Part shown: one piece after another, positions 1-7,699 of the stretch
How positions within the stretch are numbered: position 1 is the first letter of the stretch
Layout: each line of letters starts with the position of its first letter
The notes under the pieces: model-generated
The model's database searches: none
What the model saw: only the letters and a program-made list of their open reading frames with translations
Told to the model about the DNA's origin: nothing
Made by a program: the position numbers and the translations under genes
Assembly (NCBI GenBank): GCA_002793215.1
Contig: PFPU01000107.1
Span: 2,018-66,017, forward strand
Direction: 5' to 3'
Origin: Flavobacteriales bacterium CG_4_10_14_0_2_um_filter_35_18
GTDB lineage: Bacteria > Bacteroidota > Bacteroidia > Flavobacteriales > Flavobacteriaceae
DNA length: 64,000 nucleotides

Positions 1-291
1 CAAAATTTCACCCTTGTTGAAGGCAGTTCCCGATTTAAAATCTTTAGCCGTACGTTCTAAAACGCCTTGAACTTCTGAATAAAGCTCTATTTTGTGTTTT
101 GCAACCAAAGTGCCATTGGCAGTAATTACTATTGGAATGCGCTTGTTTATAATTTTTTCTACAAAAACAGTTTTGACAATTTTATCGGCTATGGGCTTTG
201 TTTTTTGTTTTAGACCAATGATGTAATTTGCTAATAAAACTGCACTTATTACAAGAATAAGGGCTAAAATTGTTGATAGGGTTCTTCTCAT
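1..291 (-). CDS. Efflux transporter periplasmic adaptor subunit (HlyD/MFP family), N-terminal fragment running off the window
   Basis: Hand translation from ATG at 291..289: MRRTLSTILALILVISAVLLANYIIGLKQKTKPIADKIVKTVFVEKIINKRIPIVITANGTLVAKHKIELYSEVQGVLE... The membrane anchor followed by a beta-strand/lipoyl-like start is typical of MFP adaptors. The start overlaps the marR stop (ATGA). Confidence 0.6.
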   Translation of the reverse strand, partial: MRRTLSTILALILVISAVLLANYIIGLKQKTKPIADKIVKTVFVEKIINKRIPIVITANGTLVAKHKIELYSEVQGVLERTAKDFKSGTAFNKGEIL

Positions 292-779
292 TTTATTGGG
301 TTTAATGAATTTTTTGATTCTGAAACATCCGTTTTTAGATTGGTTTGAATTTTTTTCATAATATTTATAAAAATCGCCTTTTCTTCTAGGCTTATTCCTT
401 GTTGAAAGTGTTCAATACTTTGCAACATAAGCGGCTTCATTTTTAAAAATAATTCTCTTCCATTTTGAGTGATAAATATTTGATTTTTACGTGCATCACC
501 CGCAAAAGAAATCCGCTTAACCAAATGGTTTTTTTCCATAATTGTGATTAGTCGCGTTAGTGAAGCTTTATTTCGATTTGTAATAAATGCAAGTTCATTT
601 TGTATCACCCCGTCAAAATCCTCATTTAAAATTTTTAAAACAATCCATTGTTCTTTAGTTACTTGAATGGCATGCTCTTTAAAAACGTCCGCAATATATA
701 GATTGATTAACTTAGCAGTTTTTCCAATCCAAGGGGCTAAAGTTTTATTAAAGTCTGATGTTTCTAAAGAAGTATCCAT
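288..779 (-). CDS. MarR family transcriptional regulator
   Basis: 163-aa ORF with a winged-helix MarR pattern (NKASLTRLITIMEKNHLVKRISFAGDARKNQIFITQNGRELF). It contains no cysteine. It is translationally coupled to the downstream adaptor gene. Confidence 0.8.
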   Translation of the reverse strand: MDTSLETSDFNKTLAPWIGKTAKLINLYIADVFKEHAIQVTKEQWIVLKILNEDFDGVIQNELAFITNRNKASLTRLITIMEKNHLVKRISFAGDARKNQIFITQNGRELFLKMKPLMLQSIEHFQQGISLEEKAIFINIMKKIQTNLKTDVSESKNSLNPIK

Positions 780-818
780 TTTTATAAATGGCTACAATAG
801 TATTAAAAATAATAATTG

Positions 819-832
819 GTTGCTTATGCAAC
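819..832. promoter_or_regulatory. Perfect palindrome GTTGC-TTAT-GCAAC in the divergent marR/gpx intergenic region; candidate MarR operator
   Basis: Read directly at 819-832. It lies 40 nt upstream of the marR start and 86 nt upstream of gpx. Confidence 0.3.
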
Positions 833-917
833 TATGTTAAATATTTGCTATTTTTTTATCAAGCGATTAACACGTGACTTTTTTTAATAAATTAGCCTAA
901 AATTAAAACCACATAAA

Positions 918-1508
918 ATGAAAAAACTACTTGTATTGCTTTTAATTACTTCAAGCGTTTTTAGTCAAAACACTAAAAAAGTAGTGGTAAGTGCTAACTT
1001 AAAAAATCAAACCCACGTCATGAAAAAAGAAACAATTTATCATTTTAAAATGACCGACCTTTACGGAAAAGAATTTAAGTTTTCAAAACTTAAAGGTAAA
1101 AAAATTATGATTGTAAATACCGCTTCAAAATGCGGATATACGCCACAATACAAGGATTTAGAGCAATTATATAAAACATATAAAGATAAAAACTTTGTAA
1201 TTATTGGTTTTCCAGCAAATAATTTTGGTCAGCAAGAACCTGGAAGCAATACCGAAATAGCTGAATTCTGTCAGCAAAATTATGGCGTGAGCTTCCCGAT
1301 GATGGAAAAAACTTCAGTAAAAGGCGATGATATGAATCCTATTTATCAGTTTTTGACAAAACAATCAAAAAACGGCTATAAAGACTCAGAAGTAGCTTGG
1401 AATTTTCAAAAATATTTGATTGATGAAAATGGCTTTTTAGTAAATGTTTATCCATCAAAAGTGTTACCAACCGATGCAGCCATAACGGCATGGATTGAAA
1501 ATAAATAA
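918..1508 (+). CDS. Glutathione peroxidase family protein (Cys type) with signal-peptide-like N-terminus
   Basis: GPx motifs NTASKCGYTPQY, GFPANNFGQQEPG and WNFQKYL. The N-terminus MKKLLVLLLITSSVFSQ looks like a signal peptide. An internal Met at 1020 would give a canonical ~162-aa cytosolic form. Confidence 0.85.
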   Translation: MKKLLVLLLITSSVFSQNTKKVVVSANLKNQTHVMKKETIYHFKMTDLYGKEFKFSKLKGKKIMIVNTASKCGYTPQYKDLEQLYKTYKDKNFVIIGFPANNFGQQEPGSNTEIAEFCQQNYGVSFPMMEKTSVKGDDMNPIYQFLTKQSKNGYKDSEVAWNFQKYLIDENGFLVNVYPSKVLPTDAAITAWIENK

Positions 1509-1518
1509 CCATTATAAT

Positions 1519-2673
1519 ATGACAAAATACAGCGGTTTAAATACCATTTGCACACACGTTGGAGAAATTAAAGACACCCAGTTTGGCGGTGCTGTTTCAC
1601 CTATTTTTATGGCTTCTTCTTATCCCTATCTCGATGTTGAAGTAAAGCGTTATCCACGTTATTTTAACACACCAAATCAAGAGGCAGTAGCCCTAAAAAT
1701 TGCCGCATTAGAACACGCCGAAAGTGCCTTGACTTTTGCTTCGGGAATGGCTGCTATCAGTAGCACTTTACTAACTTTTTTAAAACACGGCGACCACGTG
1801 GTTTTTCAAAATGAAATTTACGGAGGTGCTTATAATTTTGTAGTAGAAGAGTTTGATAAATTTGGAATTGAATATACCTTTACCAAAGGTGTGGCTATTG
1901 CCGATTTTGAATCTCAAATTAAAAAAAACACCAAGGTCATTTACATTGAAACACCCTCAAATCCACTTTTAACCTTAACGGATATTGCTGGCATTGCCAA
2001 ACTTGCAAAGCAAAAAGGTTTAATCAGTATGATTGACAATACCTTTGCTTCGCCGGTAAATCAAACACCTATTGATTTTGGAATCGACATTGTTTTGCAT
2101 TCGGCTACAAAATATTTGGGAGGTCATAGCGATATTTGTGCAGGTGCTGTTGCCTCAACAAATGATAATATCAATAAAATTTTTCAAAAATCGAAAAATT
2201 TGGGCGGAAATATGAGCGACTTTATGTGTTATCTTTTAGAACGCAGCATCAAAACTCTGGGTTTGCGCGTTGCACAACACAATGCAAATGCACTTGCTAT
2301 GGCTACCTATTTAGAGCACCACAAAGCCGTTAAAAAAGTTTATTATCCCGGTTTAAAATCACACCCAAATCACCAACTTGCCAAAGCACAAATGAAAGGT
2401 TTTGGAGGGATGTTATCATTTGAATTAAAAGACGAATTTGATGCTACGGCTTTTCAAAAAGCATTAAAACTAGTTAAGCCTTCATTGAGTTTGGCGGGTG
2501 TTGAATCAACTATTTTATTGCCGGCATTGACTTCACACGCTTTAATGGGCGCTAAAGCAAGAAAAGAACAAGGTATTTCAGATAACCTTTTGCGTTTTTC
2601 AATTGGCGTAGAAGAACTTGAAGATATTATTGCCGATGTTGAACAAGCAATTAAAAAAATCACTAAAAGCTAA
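1519..2673 (+). CDS. PLP-dependent trans-sulfuration enzyme (cystathionine gamma-synthase/beta-lyase/gamma-lyase family)
   Basis: The HSATKYLGGHSD PLP-lysine motif and overall Cys/Met-metabolism PLP family pattern are present. I prefer the start at 1519 (MTKYSGLNTICTHVGE) because the track start at 1495 overlaps gpx. Confidence 0.85.
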   Translation: MTKYSGLNTICTHVGEIKDTQFGGAVSPIFMASSYPYLDVEVKRYPRYFNTPNQEAVALKIAALEHAESALTFASGMAAISSTLLTFLKHGDHVVFQNEIYGGAYNFVVEEFDKFGIEYTFTKGVAIADFESQIKKNTKVIYIETPSNPLLTLTDIAGIAKLAKQKGLISMIDNTFASPVNQTPIDFGIDIVLHSATKYLGGHSDICAGAVASTNDNINKIFQKSKNLGGNMSDFMCYLLERSIKTLGLRVAQHNANALAMATYLEHHKAVKKVYYPGLKSHPNHQLAKAQMKGFGGMLSFELKDEFDATAFQKALKLVKPSLSLAGVESTILLPALTSHALMGAKARKEQGISDNLLRFSIGVEELEDIIADVEQAIKKITKS

Positions 2674-2683
2674 TACAAATAGA

Positions 2684-3400
2684 ATGAAATTAGATATTCT
2701 GGCCATAGGTGCGCATCCCGATGATGTAGAATTGGGTTGTGGTGCAACACTCGCTAAGGCCATTTTTGAAGGAAAAAAAGTAGGCATCTTAGATTTAACG
2801 CGAGGTGAATTAGGCACGCGAGGTTCAGCAAAAATTCGCGAAATGGAGTCGGCAGAAGCTTCAAAAATATTAGGCATTGCCATTCGCAAAAACCTTGGTT
2901 TTGCCGATGGTTTTTTTGTAAATGACCAACAACATCAGTTAAAAATTATTGAAATTATAAGAAAATACCAACCTGATATTGTGCTTTGCAATGCCATTAA
3001 TGACCGCCACATAGACCATTCAAGAGGAAGCAAACTCGCCTCAGATGCTTGTTTTTTATCGGGATTGATAAAAATTGAAACCAAAATAAACAACTCGTTA
3101 CAATTGCCTTGGCGGCCAAAACACGTATTTCATTACATTCAATGGAAACACCTAGAACCACATTTTGTGGTTGATGTTGGTGATTTTATCCATGTTAAAT
3201 TAGAAGCTGTAAAAGCCTATAGTTCGCAGTTTTATAAGCCATATAGCGACGAACCGGTATCGCCAATTACAAGTAAAAACTTTTTAGACAGCATTACCTA
3301 CCGCGCACAAGATTTAGGCCGAATCATTGGTGTAGATTACGCCGAAGGTTTTACATCCGAGCGCTATATTGCCGTTAAAAACTTGGATAACTTAATATAA
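2684..3400 (+). CDS. bshB1: Bacillithiol biosynthesis deacetylase BshB1 (LmbE/PIG-L family)
   Basis: MKLDILAIGAHPDDVELGCGATLAK...LTRGELGTRG matches the LmbE/BshB1 N-terminal AHPDD zinc motif. The start is refined from 2618 to 2684 to remove overlap with the upstream gene. Confidence 0.75.
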   Translation: MKLDILAIGAHPDDVELGCGATLAKAIFEGKKVGILDLTRGELGTRGSAKIREMESAEASKILGIAIRKNLGFADGFFVNDQQHQLKIIEIIRKYQPDIVLCNAINDRHIDHSRGSKLASDACFLSGLIKIETKINNSLQLPWRPKHVFHYIQWKHLEPHFVVDVGDFIHVKLEAVKAYSSQFYKPYSDEPVSPITSKNFLDSITYRAQDLGRIIGVDYAEGFTSERYIAVKNLDNLI

Positions 3401-3452
3401 AAAAGCCTTTTATAGCCTAAATATTTTTAAGTGATTATTTAAAAAAAAATAG

Positions 3453-3482
3453 TTGCAAAAAATAGGAAATAGCTTACATTTG
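3453..3482 (+). promoter_or_regulatory. Candidate Bacteroidota sigma-A promoter for tRNA-His (TTG-N19-TACATTTG)
   Basis: TTG at 3453-3455 and TACATTTG (TAnnTTTG consensus) at 3475-3482, 37 nt upstream of the tRNA 5' end. Confidence 0.45.
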
Positions 3483-3518
3483 CACCGATTTATTTGAAAC
3501 ATTAATAAGTCAATAAAC

Positions 3519-3595
3519 GGTGGATGTAGCTCAGCTGGTTAGAGCATCGGTTTGTGGTGCCGAGGGTCGCCGGTTCGAACCCGGTCTTCCACCCA
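3519..3595 (+). tRNA. tRNA-His (anticodon GTG)
   Basis: Hand-folded cloverleaf. An extra G-1 (3519) pairs with C73. The fold has U8-A9, D arm GCTC/GAGC and anticodon loop TTGTGGT with GTG at 3554-3556. The T arm is GCCGG-TTCGAAC-CCGGT. There is one T-T mismatch in the acceptor stem, and the 3' CCA is not fully encoded. Confidence 0.9.
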
Positions 3596-3636
3596 AGCAC
3601 AAAGCTTCTCTTAACGGAGGAGCTTTTTTTGTTGAA
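3578..3636 (+). repeat. Direct repeat copy 1 (59 bp): last 18 nt of tRNA-His plus downstream terminator
   Basis: aacccggtcttccacccaagcacaaagcttctcttaacggaggagctttttttgttgaa is identical to 3697-3755. Confidence 0.95.
3602..3630 (+). terminator. Rho-independent terminator after tRNA-His (second identical copy at 3721-3749)
   Basis: Stem AAGCTTCTC / GAGGAGCTT (one G-T wobble), loop TTAACG, followed by T7. Confidence 0.7.
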
Positions 3637-3696
3637 CAAATTTTGAATAAACGCAAAAGGGTGAGAAGTTTATCCCGTGAGCGAAGCGATACGGGA

Positions 3697-3755
3697 AACC
3701 CGGTCTTCCACCCAAGCACAAAGCTTCTCTTAACGGAGGAGCTTTTTTTGTTGAA
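3697..3755 (+). repeat. Direct repeat copy 2 (59 bp): orphan tRNA-His 3' end plus terminator
   Basis: Perfect copy of 3578-3636. It is separated from copy 1 by a 60-nt spacer that contains the inverted repeat TCCCGT-N12-ACGGGA (3673-3696). Confidence 0.95.
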
Positions 3756-3761
3756 AAAAGC

Positions 3762-4904
3762 TTATAAGTTATGGCCTTCTTTTAGTTTAACGCCATAGAG
3801 TATTCGGGTGATTTTAAAGGGTTTGATAATATAACGGTATATTATAAAAATAGCCATAAAAGTGATGATGATAAGAAGTGACATTTTTAACAAAATAGAA
3901 CTATTTAGTTGAACAATATAATATCCCACGGCAACAATAATTGTTTGATGTAAAATATAAAAAGGATATACCGCTTGATTGGTAAATTTTAGAAAAGCAT
4001 TGCTATAATTTAGGTGTTTTTTTGCAAAACCAACGGCCGCTATTATTAAAAACCAAATGTGAATTGAATTTAAAAACCCATAAACATAAAGATTGAAATC
4101 GTTTTGTTTAGGAAAATTTAAGTCCCACCAATAATAGTAAAACAATACAACTGCACCAAAAAGGCTTATGGTTAAATAGTAAAATCGGTAAGTTTCACAA
4201 GTATTCCAAAATTTATCCGATTGCGCCAAAAAATAGCCGTAAATTGCTAAGGTTATTGAGGTTATAAATAGAAACCAATCATCTAATAAACTTTGTTGCT
4301 CGGGATAATCAAGATAAAGTGTAAAATAATAATAGGTGAGTGGCAAGCTTAAAAAAACAATTGTAATTGGATTTGCTATTTTATCTGCCAAATAAGCTTT
4401 TAGGGCTTTTAATTTGTCAAATTTAAAAAGTAAAAAAAGGGGAATCAAAAGCAAACAAAATACAAATAGATAAACAACAAACCACATGTGGCTCCAAGTG
4501 AGTGCGCCATCTGGATAAGGAATTAGGTCCCATACACGCGGGTAGAAATTAAAGTAAGAACCTGTAATTTTTCCTTTTTGCAAAAATTCAAAATACACCT
4601 GAAGAGGAATGGTAAAAAACATGGCAAAAAGCAAAGGAATCAATAAGCGCTTTATGCGCTCTCCTGCAAAAGTTAAAACGGAACGTTTCTCTAATGAAAA
4701 ATGAATTCCGATACCGCAAATAAAAAATAGTAAGGGAATGCGCCATTGATGCAACCACCAAATAAACCTCGTTAAACCAATAGAATGCTCGTTATTTTTA
4801 ACTTCCCAGCCAAAGCTCACAAAAGGCATAGCGCAATGGAATAGCATTAATATAAAAAAGGCTATAACACGCAACCAATCAACAAAATAGAGCCTTTGTT
4901 TCAT
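3762..4904 (-). CDS. Acyltransferase family 3 integral membrane protein
   Basis: 380 aa and polytopic. The N-terminal YFVDWLRVIAFFILMLFHC is typical of acyltransferase_3 proteins. The start overlaps the upstream stop (ATGA). Confidence 0.75.
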   Translation of the reverse strand: MKQRLYFVDWLRVIAFFILMLFHCAMPFVSFGWEVKNNEHSIGLTRFIWWLHQWRIPLLFFICGIGIHFSLEKRSVLTFAGERIKRLLIPLLFAMFFTIPLQVYFEFLQKGKITGSYFNFYPRVWDLIPYPDGALTWSHMWFVVYLFVFCLLLIPLFLLFKFDKLKALKAYLADKIANPITIVFLSLPLTYYYFTLYLDYPEQQSLLDDWFLFITSITLAIYGYFLAQSDKFWNTCETYRFYYLTISLFGAVVLFYYYWWDLNFPKQNDFNLYVYGFLNSIHIWFLIIAAVGFAKKHLNYSNAFLKFTNQAVYPFYILHQTIIVAVGYYIVQLNSSILLKMSLLIIITFMAIFIIYRYIIKPFKITRILYGVKLKEGHNL

Positions 4905-5281
4905 TTATTTTTAGTTAAAACTACACTTTTTAAAGTAGCCAAACTGTCACAATTTTCAATATATAAAGCAAGGGATTGATTTTTGGCAAGACCATTTATC
5001 AAATAAAAACGACAAGGTTTTTGGCGCGTAATGCTTTTAGAAAAATCAATTTCGCCATCGATAAGTATTTTTTTTATGTCGAGGCTATCTAGCGCCAATG
5101 TTTTCATAGATTCTTGTGCCTTATCGGAATAGATTAGCGGTTTATTGCGGATGAGTTTTAAAATTCTGGCATTCGGCATATAATCGCAACCAGAATTTTT
5201 TCCATTTAAAAAAAACAGCAATAACACAATTCCTATTGAAAATCCGAAACCGTAAAATCCGAGACGCTTGGCAAATGTCAT
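4901..5281 (-). CDS. Hypothetical membrane-anchored protein (126 aa)
   Basis: The ORF has one N-terminal TM segment (FYGFGFSIGIVLLLFFL). It is translationally coupled to the acyltransferase gene. I recognise no family motif with confidence. Confidence 0.55.
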   Translation of the reverse strand: MTFAKRLGFYGFGFSIGIVLLLFFLNGKNSGCDYMPNARILKLIRNKPLIYSDKAQESMKTLALDSLDIKKILIDGEIDFSKSITRQKPCRFYLINGLAKNQSLALYIENCDSLATLKSVVLTKNK

Positions 5282-5297
5282 ATTTAAATTATAAATT

Positions 5298-6497
5298 TTA
5301 TGAAATCAATAAGTTAATATCCCGAAAGGGTAAATTAAACCAGTCGGCTACTGTTTTGTTGGTTAAAATACCGTGAAAAAAATAAACGCCATTTTGTAAA
5401 CCTTTATCAAATCGCAATGCATTCTCTAAACCGCCACGTTCGCCAATTTTTAATAAATAGGGTGTAAAAAAGTTGCTGATAGAAATGCTTGCCGTTCTTG
5501 AATAGCGCGAGGGAATATTTGGCACACAATAATGAATAACGCCGTGTTTTATAAAGGTAGGCTGACTGTGTTTGGTAACTTCCGAAGTTTCAAAACAACC
5601 GCCGCGGTCAATGCTCACGTCAACAATAATAGCGCCATTTTTCATGCGTTTTACCATGGTTTCGGTTACCACAATGGGTGTGCGTGTTTTTCCGTAAAGT
5701 GCACCAATAACGGCGTCGCAACGCATCAATTGTTTTTGTAACACTTTTGGCTGAATGGTTGACGTGGCAATCATCTTTCCCAAATTATATTGCAAATTTC
5801 GAAGTTTAGAAATAGAATTATCAAATACAGTGATATTTAAGCCCAAACCAATGGCAACTCTAGCGGCGGCTTCACCAACATTACCAGCTCCTAATATGAT
5901 TAATTTACTCGGATTGACGCCTGCAATGTTGCCGAGCAAAACACCATTTCCGTGGTTACAATTGTTGAGCAATTCGGCCGCAACATGCACAGAAGCAATA
6001 CCGGCGATTTCACTTAAACTCTTAACAATGGGATAATTGCCGTGTTCATCTTTAATATAATCAAAAGCAATGGCGGTAATGCCTTTGCTAGAAAGCGCTT
6101 CAAAATAAGTTTTATCCTGCGTTTTTAATTGCATGGCCGAAAATAAAACACTTTGTGGATTTATTAAAGCAATTTCATCGGGTGTAGGCGGTTCAACTTT
6201 AAGAATTATTTGACATCCCAAAACCGATTTGTTATCATAAGCAATTTTTGCGCCCGCTTCTGAATAATTTTTATCGGTATAATTTGCACCAATACCAGCG
6301 CCCGTTTCAACGAGTACTTCATGGCCATTATTTACAAGGGTTGAAACCGCATCGGGTGTTAAGCAAATGCGTTTTTCTTCTAATAATATTTCTTTAGGGA
6401 TGCCAATTTTTAAAGCGCCCTTATGCTTAAACACCTCCAATCGTTCTGGTTTTGGCATCAACGATTCTTTGCTAAAAGGTGAAAATTGTTTTCCCAT
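5298..6497 (-). CDS. Alanine dehydrogenase / PNT-alpha family NAD-binding dehydrogenase
   Basis: 399 aa with the Rossmann motif LIILGAGNVGEAAARVAIGLG and AlaDH/PNT N- and C-domain patterns. Confidence 0.75.
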   Translation of the reverse strand: MGKQFSPFSKESLMPKPERLEVFKHKGALKIGIPKEILLEEKRICLTPDAVSTLVNNGHEVLVETGAGIGANYTDKNYSEAGAKIAYDNKSVLGCQIILKVEPPTPDEIALINPQSVLFSAMQLKTQDKTYFEALSSKGITAIAFDYIKDEHGNYPIVKSLSEIAGIASVHVAAELLNNCNHGNGVLLGNIAGVNPSKLIILGAGNVGEAAARVAIGLGLNITVFDNSISKLRNLQYNLGKMIATSTIQPKVLQKQLMRCDAVIGALYGKTRTPIVVTETMVKRMKNGAIIVDVSIDRGGCFETSEVTKHSQPTFIKHGVIHYCVPNIPSRYSRTASISISNFFTPYLLKIGERGGLENALRFDKGLQNGVYFFHGILTNKTVADWFNLPFRDINLLIS

Positions 6498-6501
6498 AAG
6501 T

Positions 6502-6912
6502 TTAATTTTTAAGGGTTAATGTCCGTGAACCATCGGCATTTTCAACAATGTAAATTGAAACAGCGTTTAAAGGTAGTAAATTTTCTATCTTTTCGGGCCA
6601 TTCTACAAAACAGTAATTATCCGAATAAAAGTAATCGTCAATGCCCAAATCTAAAGCTTCTTCTTCTTTTTTAATCCGATAAAAATCAAAGTGATAAATA
6701 GGGGTTCCTTTGCGGGATTGGTATTCGTTAACAATTGAAAATGTAGGAGAATTTGCGACATCCGCTAAGGATAATAATTTGACAAGCGCCTTTATTAAAG
6801 TTGTTTTGCCACTACCCATAGTACCGTAAAACAGCCAAATTTTAGAAGGTATTTTTTCTAAAAGTATGGCTGCTATTTTTGGTAATTCTATTTGACTATA
6901 AGTTAGTTGCAT
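6502..6912 (-). CDS. tsaE: tRNA t6A37 biosynthesis ATPase TsaE
   Basis: 136 aa with P-loop GTMGSGKTTLIKAL, SPTFSIVNEY and HFDFYR motifs characteristic of TsaE/YjeE. Confidence 0.85.
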   Translation of the reverse strand: MQLTYSQIELPKIAAILLEKIPSKIWLFYGTMGSGKTTLIKALVKLLSLADVANSPTFSIVNEYQSRKGTPIYHFDFYRIKKEEEALDLGIDDYFYSDNYCFVEWPEKIENLLPLNAVSIYIVENADGSRTLTLKN

Positions 6913-6918
6913 AAAAAA

Positions 6919-7638
6919 TTAATTCATTTCAAGCGAATGATATACATTTTGAACATCGTCATCTTCTTCAAGTTTTTCTAATAAAGATTCAACTTCGGTT
7001 TGTTCGGTATCAGACAATTTTTTAGTTAAGGTTGGGATGCGTTCAAAACCGGAAGATAAAATCTCGATGTGGTGTTCTTCAAAATATTTTTGGATGGCTC
7101 CAAATTGTTCAAACGGCGCGTAAACAATGATGCCGTCGTCATCTTTAAAAACTTCTTCTACTTCAAAATCAATCAATTCAAGTTCAAGATCTTCTAAATC
7201 ACTGCTTACATCATCGGTTTTAATTCTAAAATTACAGGTGCGGTCAAACATAAAAGCAACAGAACCCGAGGTGCCAAAAGTGCCACCATATTTATTAAAA
7301 ATAGTCCTGATATTTGCCACTGAACGGTTGTTGTTATCGGTAGCCGCTTCAACCAAAACGGCAATGCCATAAGGCGCATAGCCTTCAAATAAAACTTCTT
7401 TGTAATTGGCCGTATCTTTTTCGGTTGCTTTTTTTATAGCACGCTCCACATTTTCTTTTGGCATATTGGCGGCTTTGGCATTTTGCATCACGGCTCTTAG
7501 ATGTGCATTGGTATCAGGGTTAGCGCCGCCAGCTTTAACTGCCATAACAATTTCTTTACCAATTCGGGTAAAGGTACGCGCCATTGCCGACCAACGTTTT
7601 AATTTTCTTGCTTTTCTAAATTCAAATGCTCTTCCCAT
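6919..7638 (-). CDS. YebC/PmpR family DNA-binding transcriptional regulator
   Basis: 239 aa. MGRAFEFRKARKLKRWSAMARTFTRIGKEI is the hallmark YebC N-terminus. Confidence 0.9.
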   Translation of the reverse strand: MGRAFEFRKARKLKRWSAMARTFTRIGKEIVMAVKAGGANPDTNAHLRAVMQNAKAANMPKENVERAIKKATEKDTANYKEVLFEGYAPYGIAVLVEAATDNNNRSVANIRTIFNKYGGTFGTSGSVAFMFDRTCNFRIKTDDVSSDLEDLELELIDFEVEEVFKDDDGIIVYAPFEQFGAIQKYFEEHHIEILSSGFERIPTLTKKLSDTEQTEVESLLEKLEEDDDVQNVYHSLEMN

Positions 7639-7699
7639 AAAAATTTATATTTTAAATTTAAAGTTTATAATGATTTGATTAACTGATAAAAATTAAGAT

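Noticed and set aside
3520-3798. Track ORFs 3520..3798 (+) and 3531..3719 (-)
   Set aside because: They overlap tRNA-His, its terminator and the 59-bp repeat. The translations are low-complexity read-through of RNA and repeat sequence.
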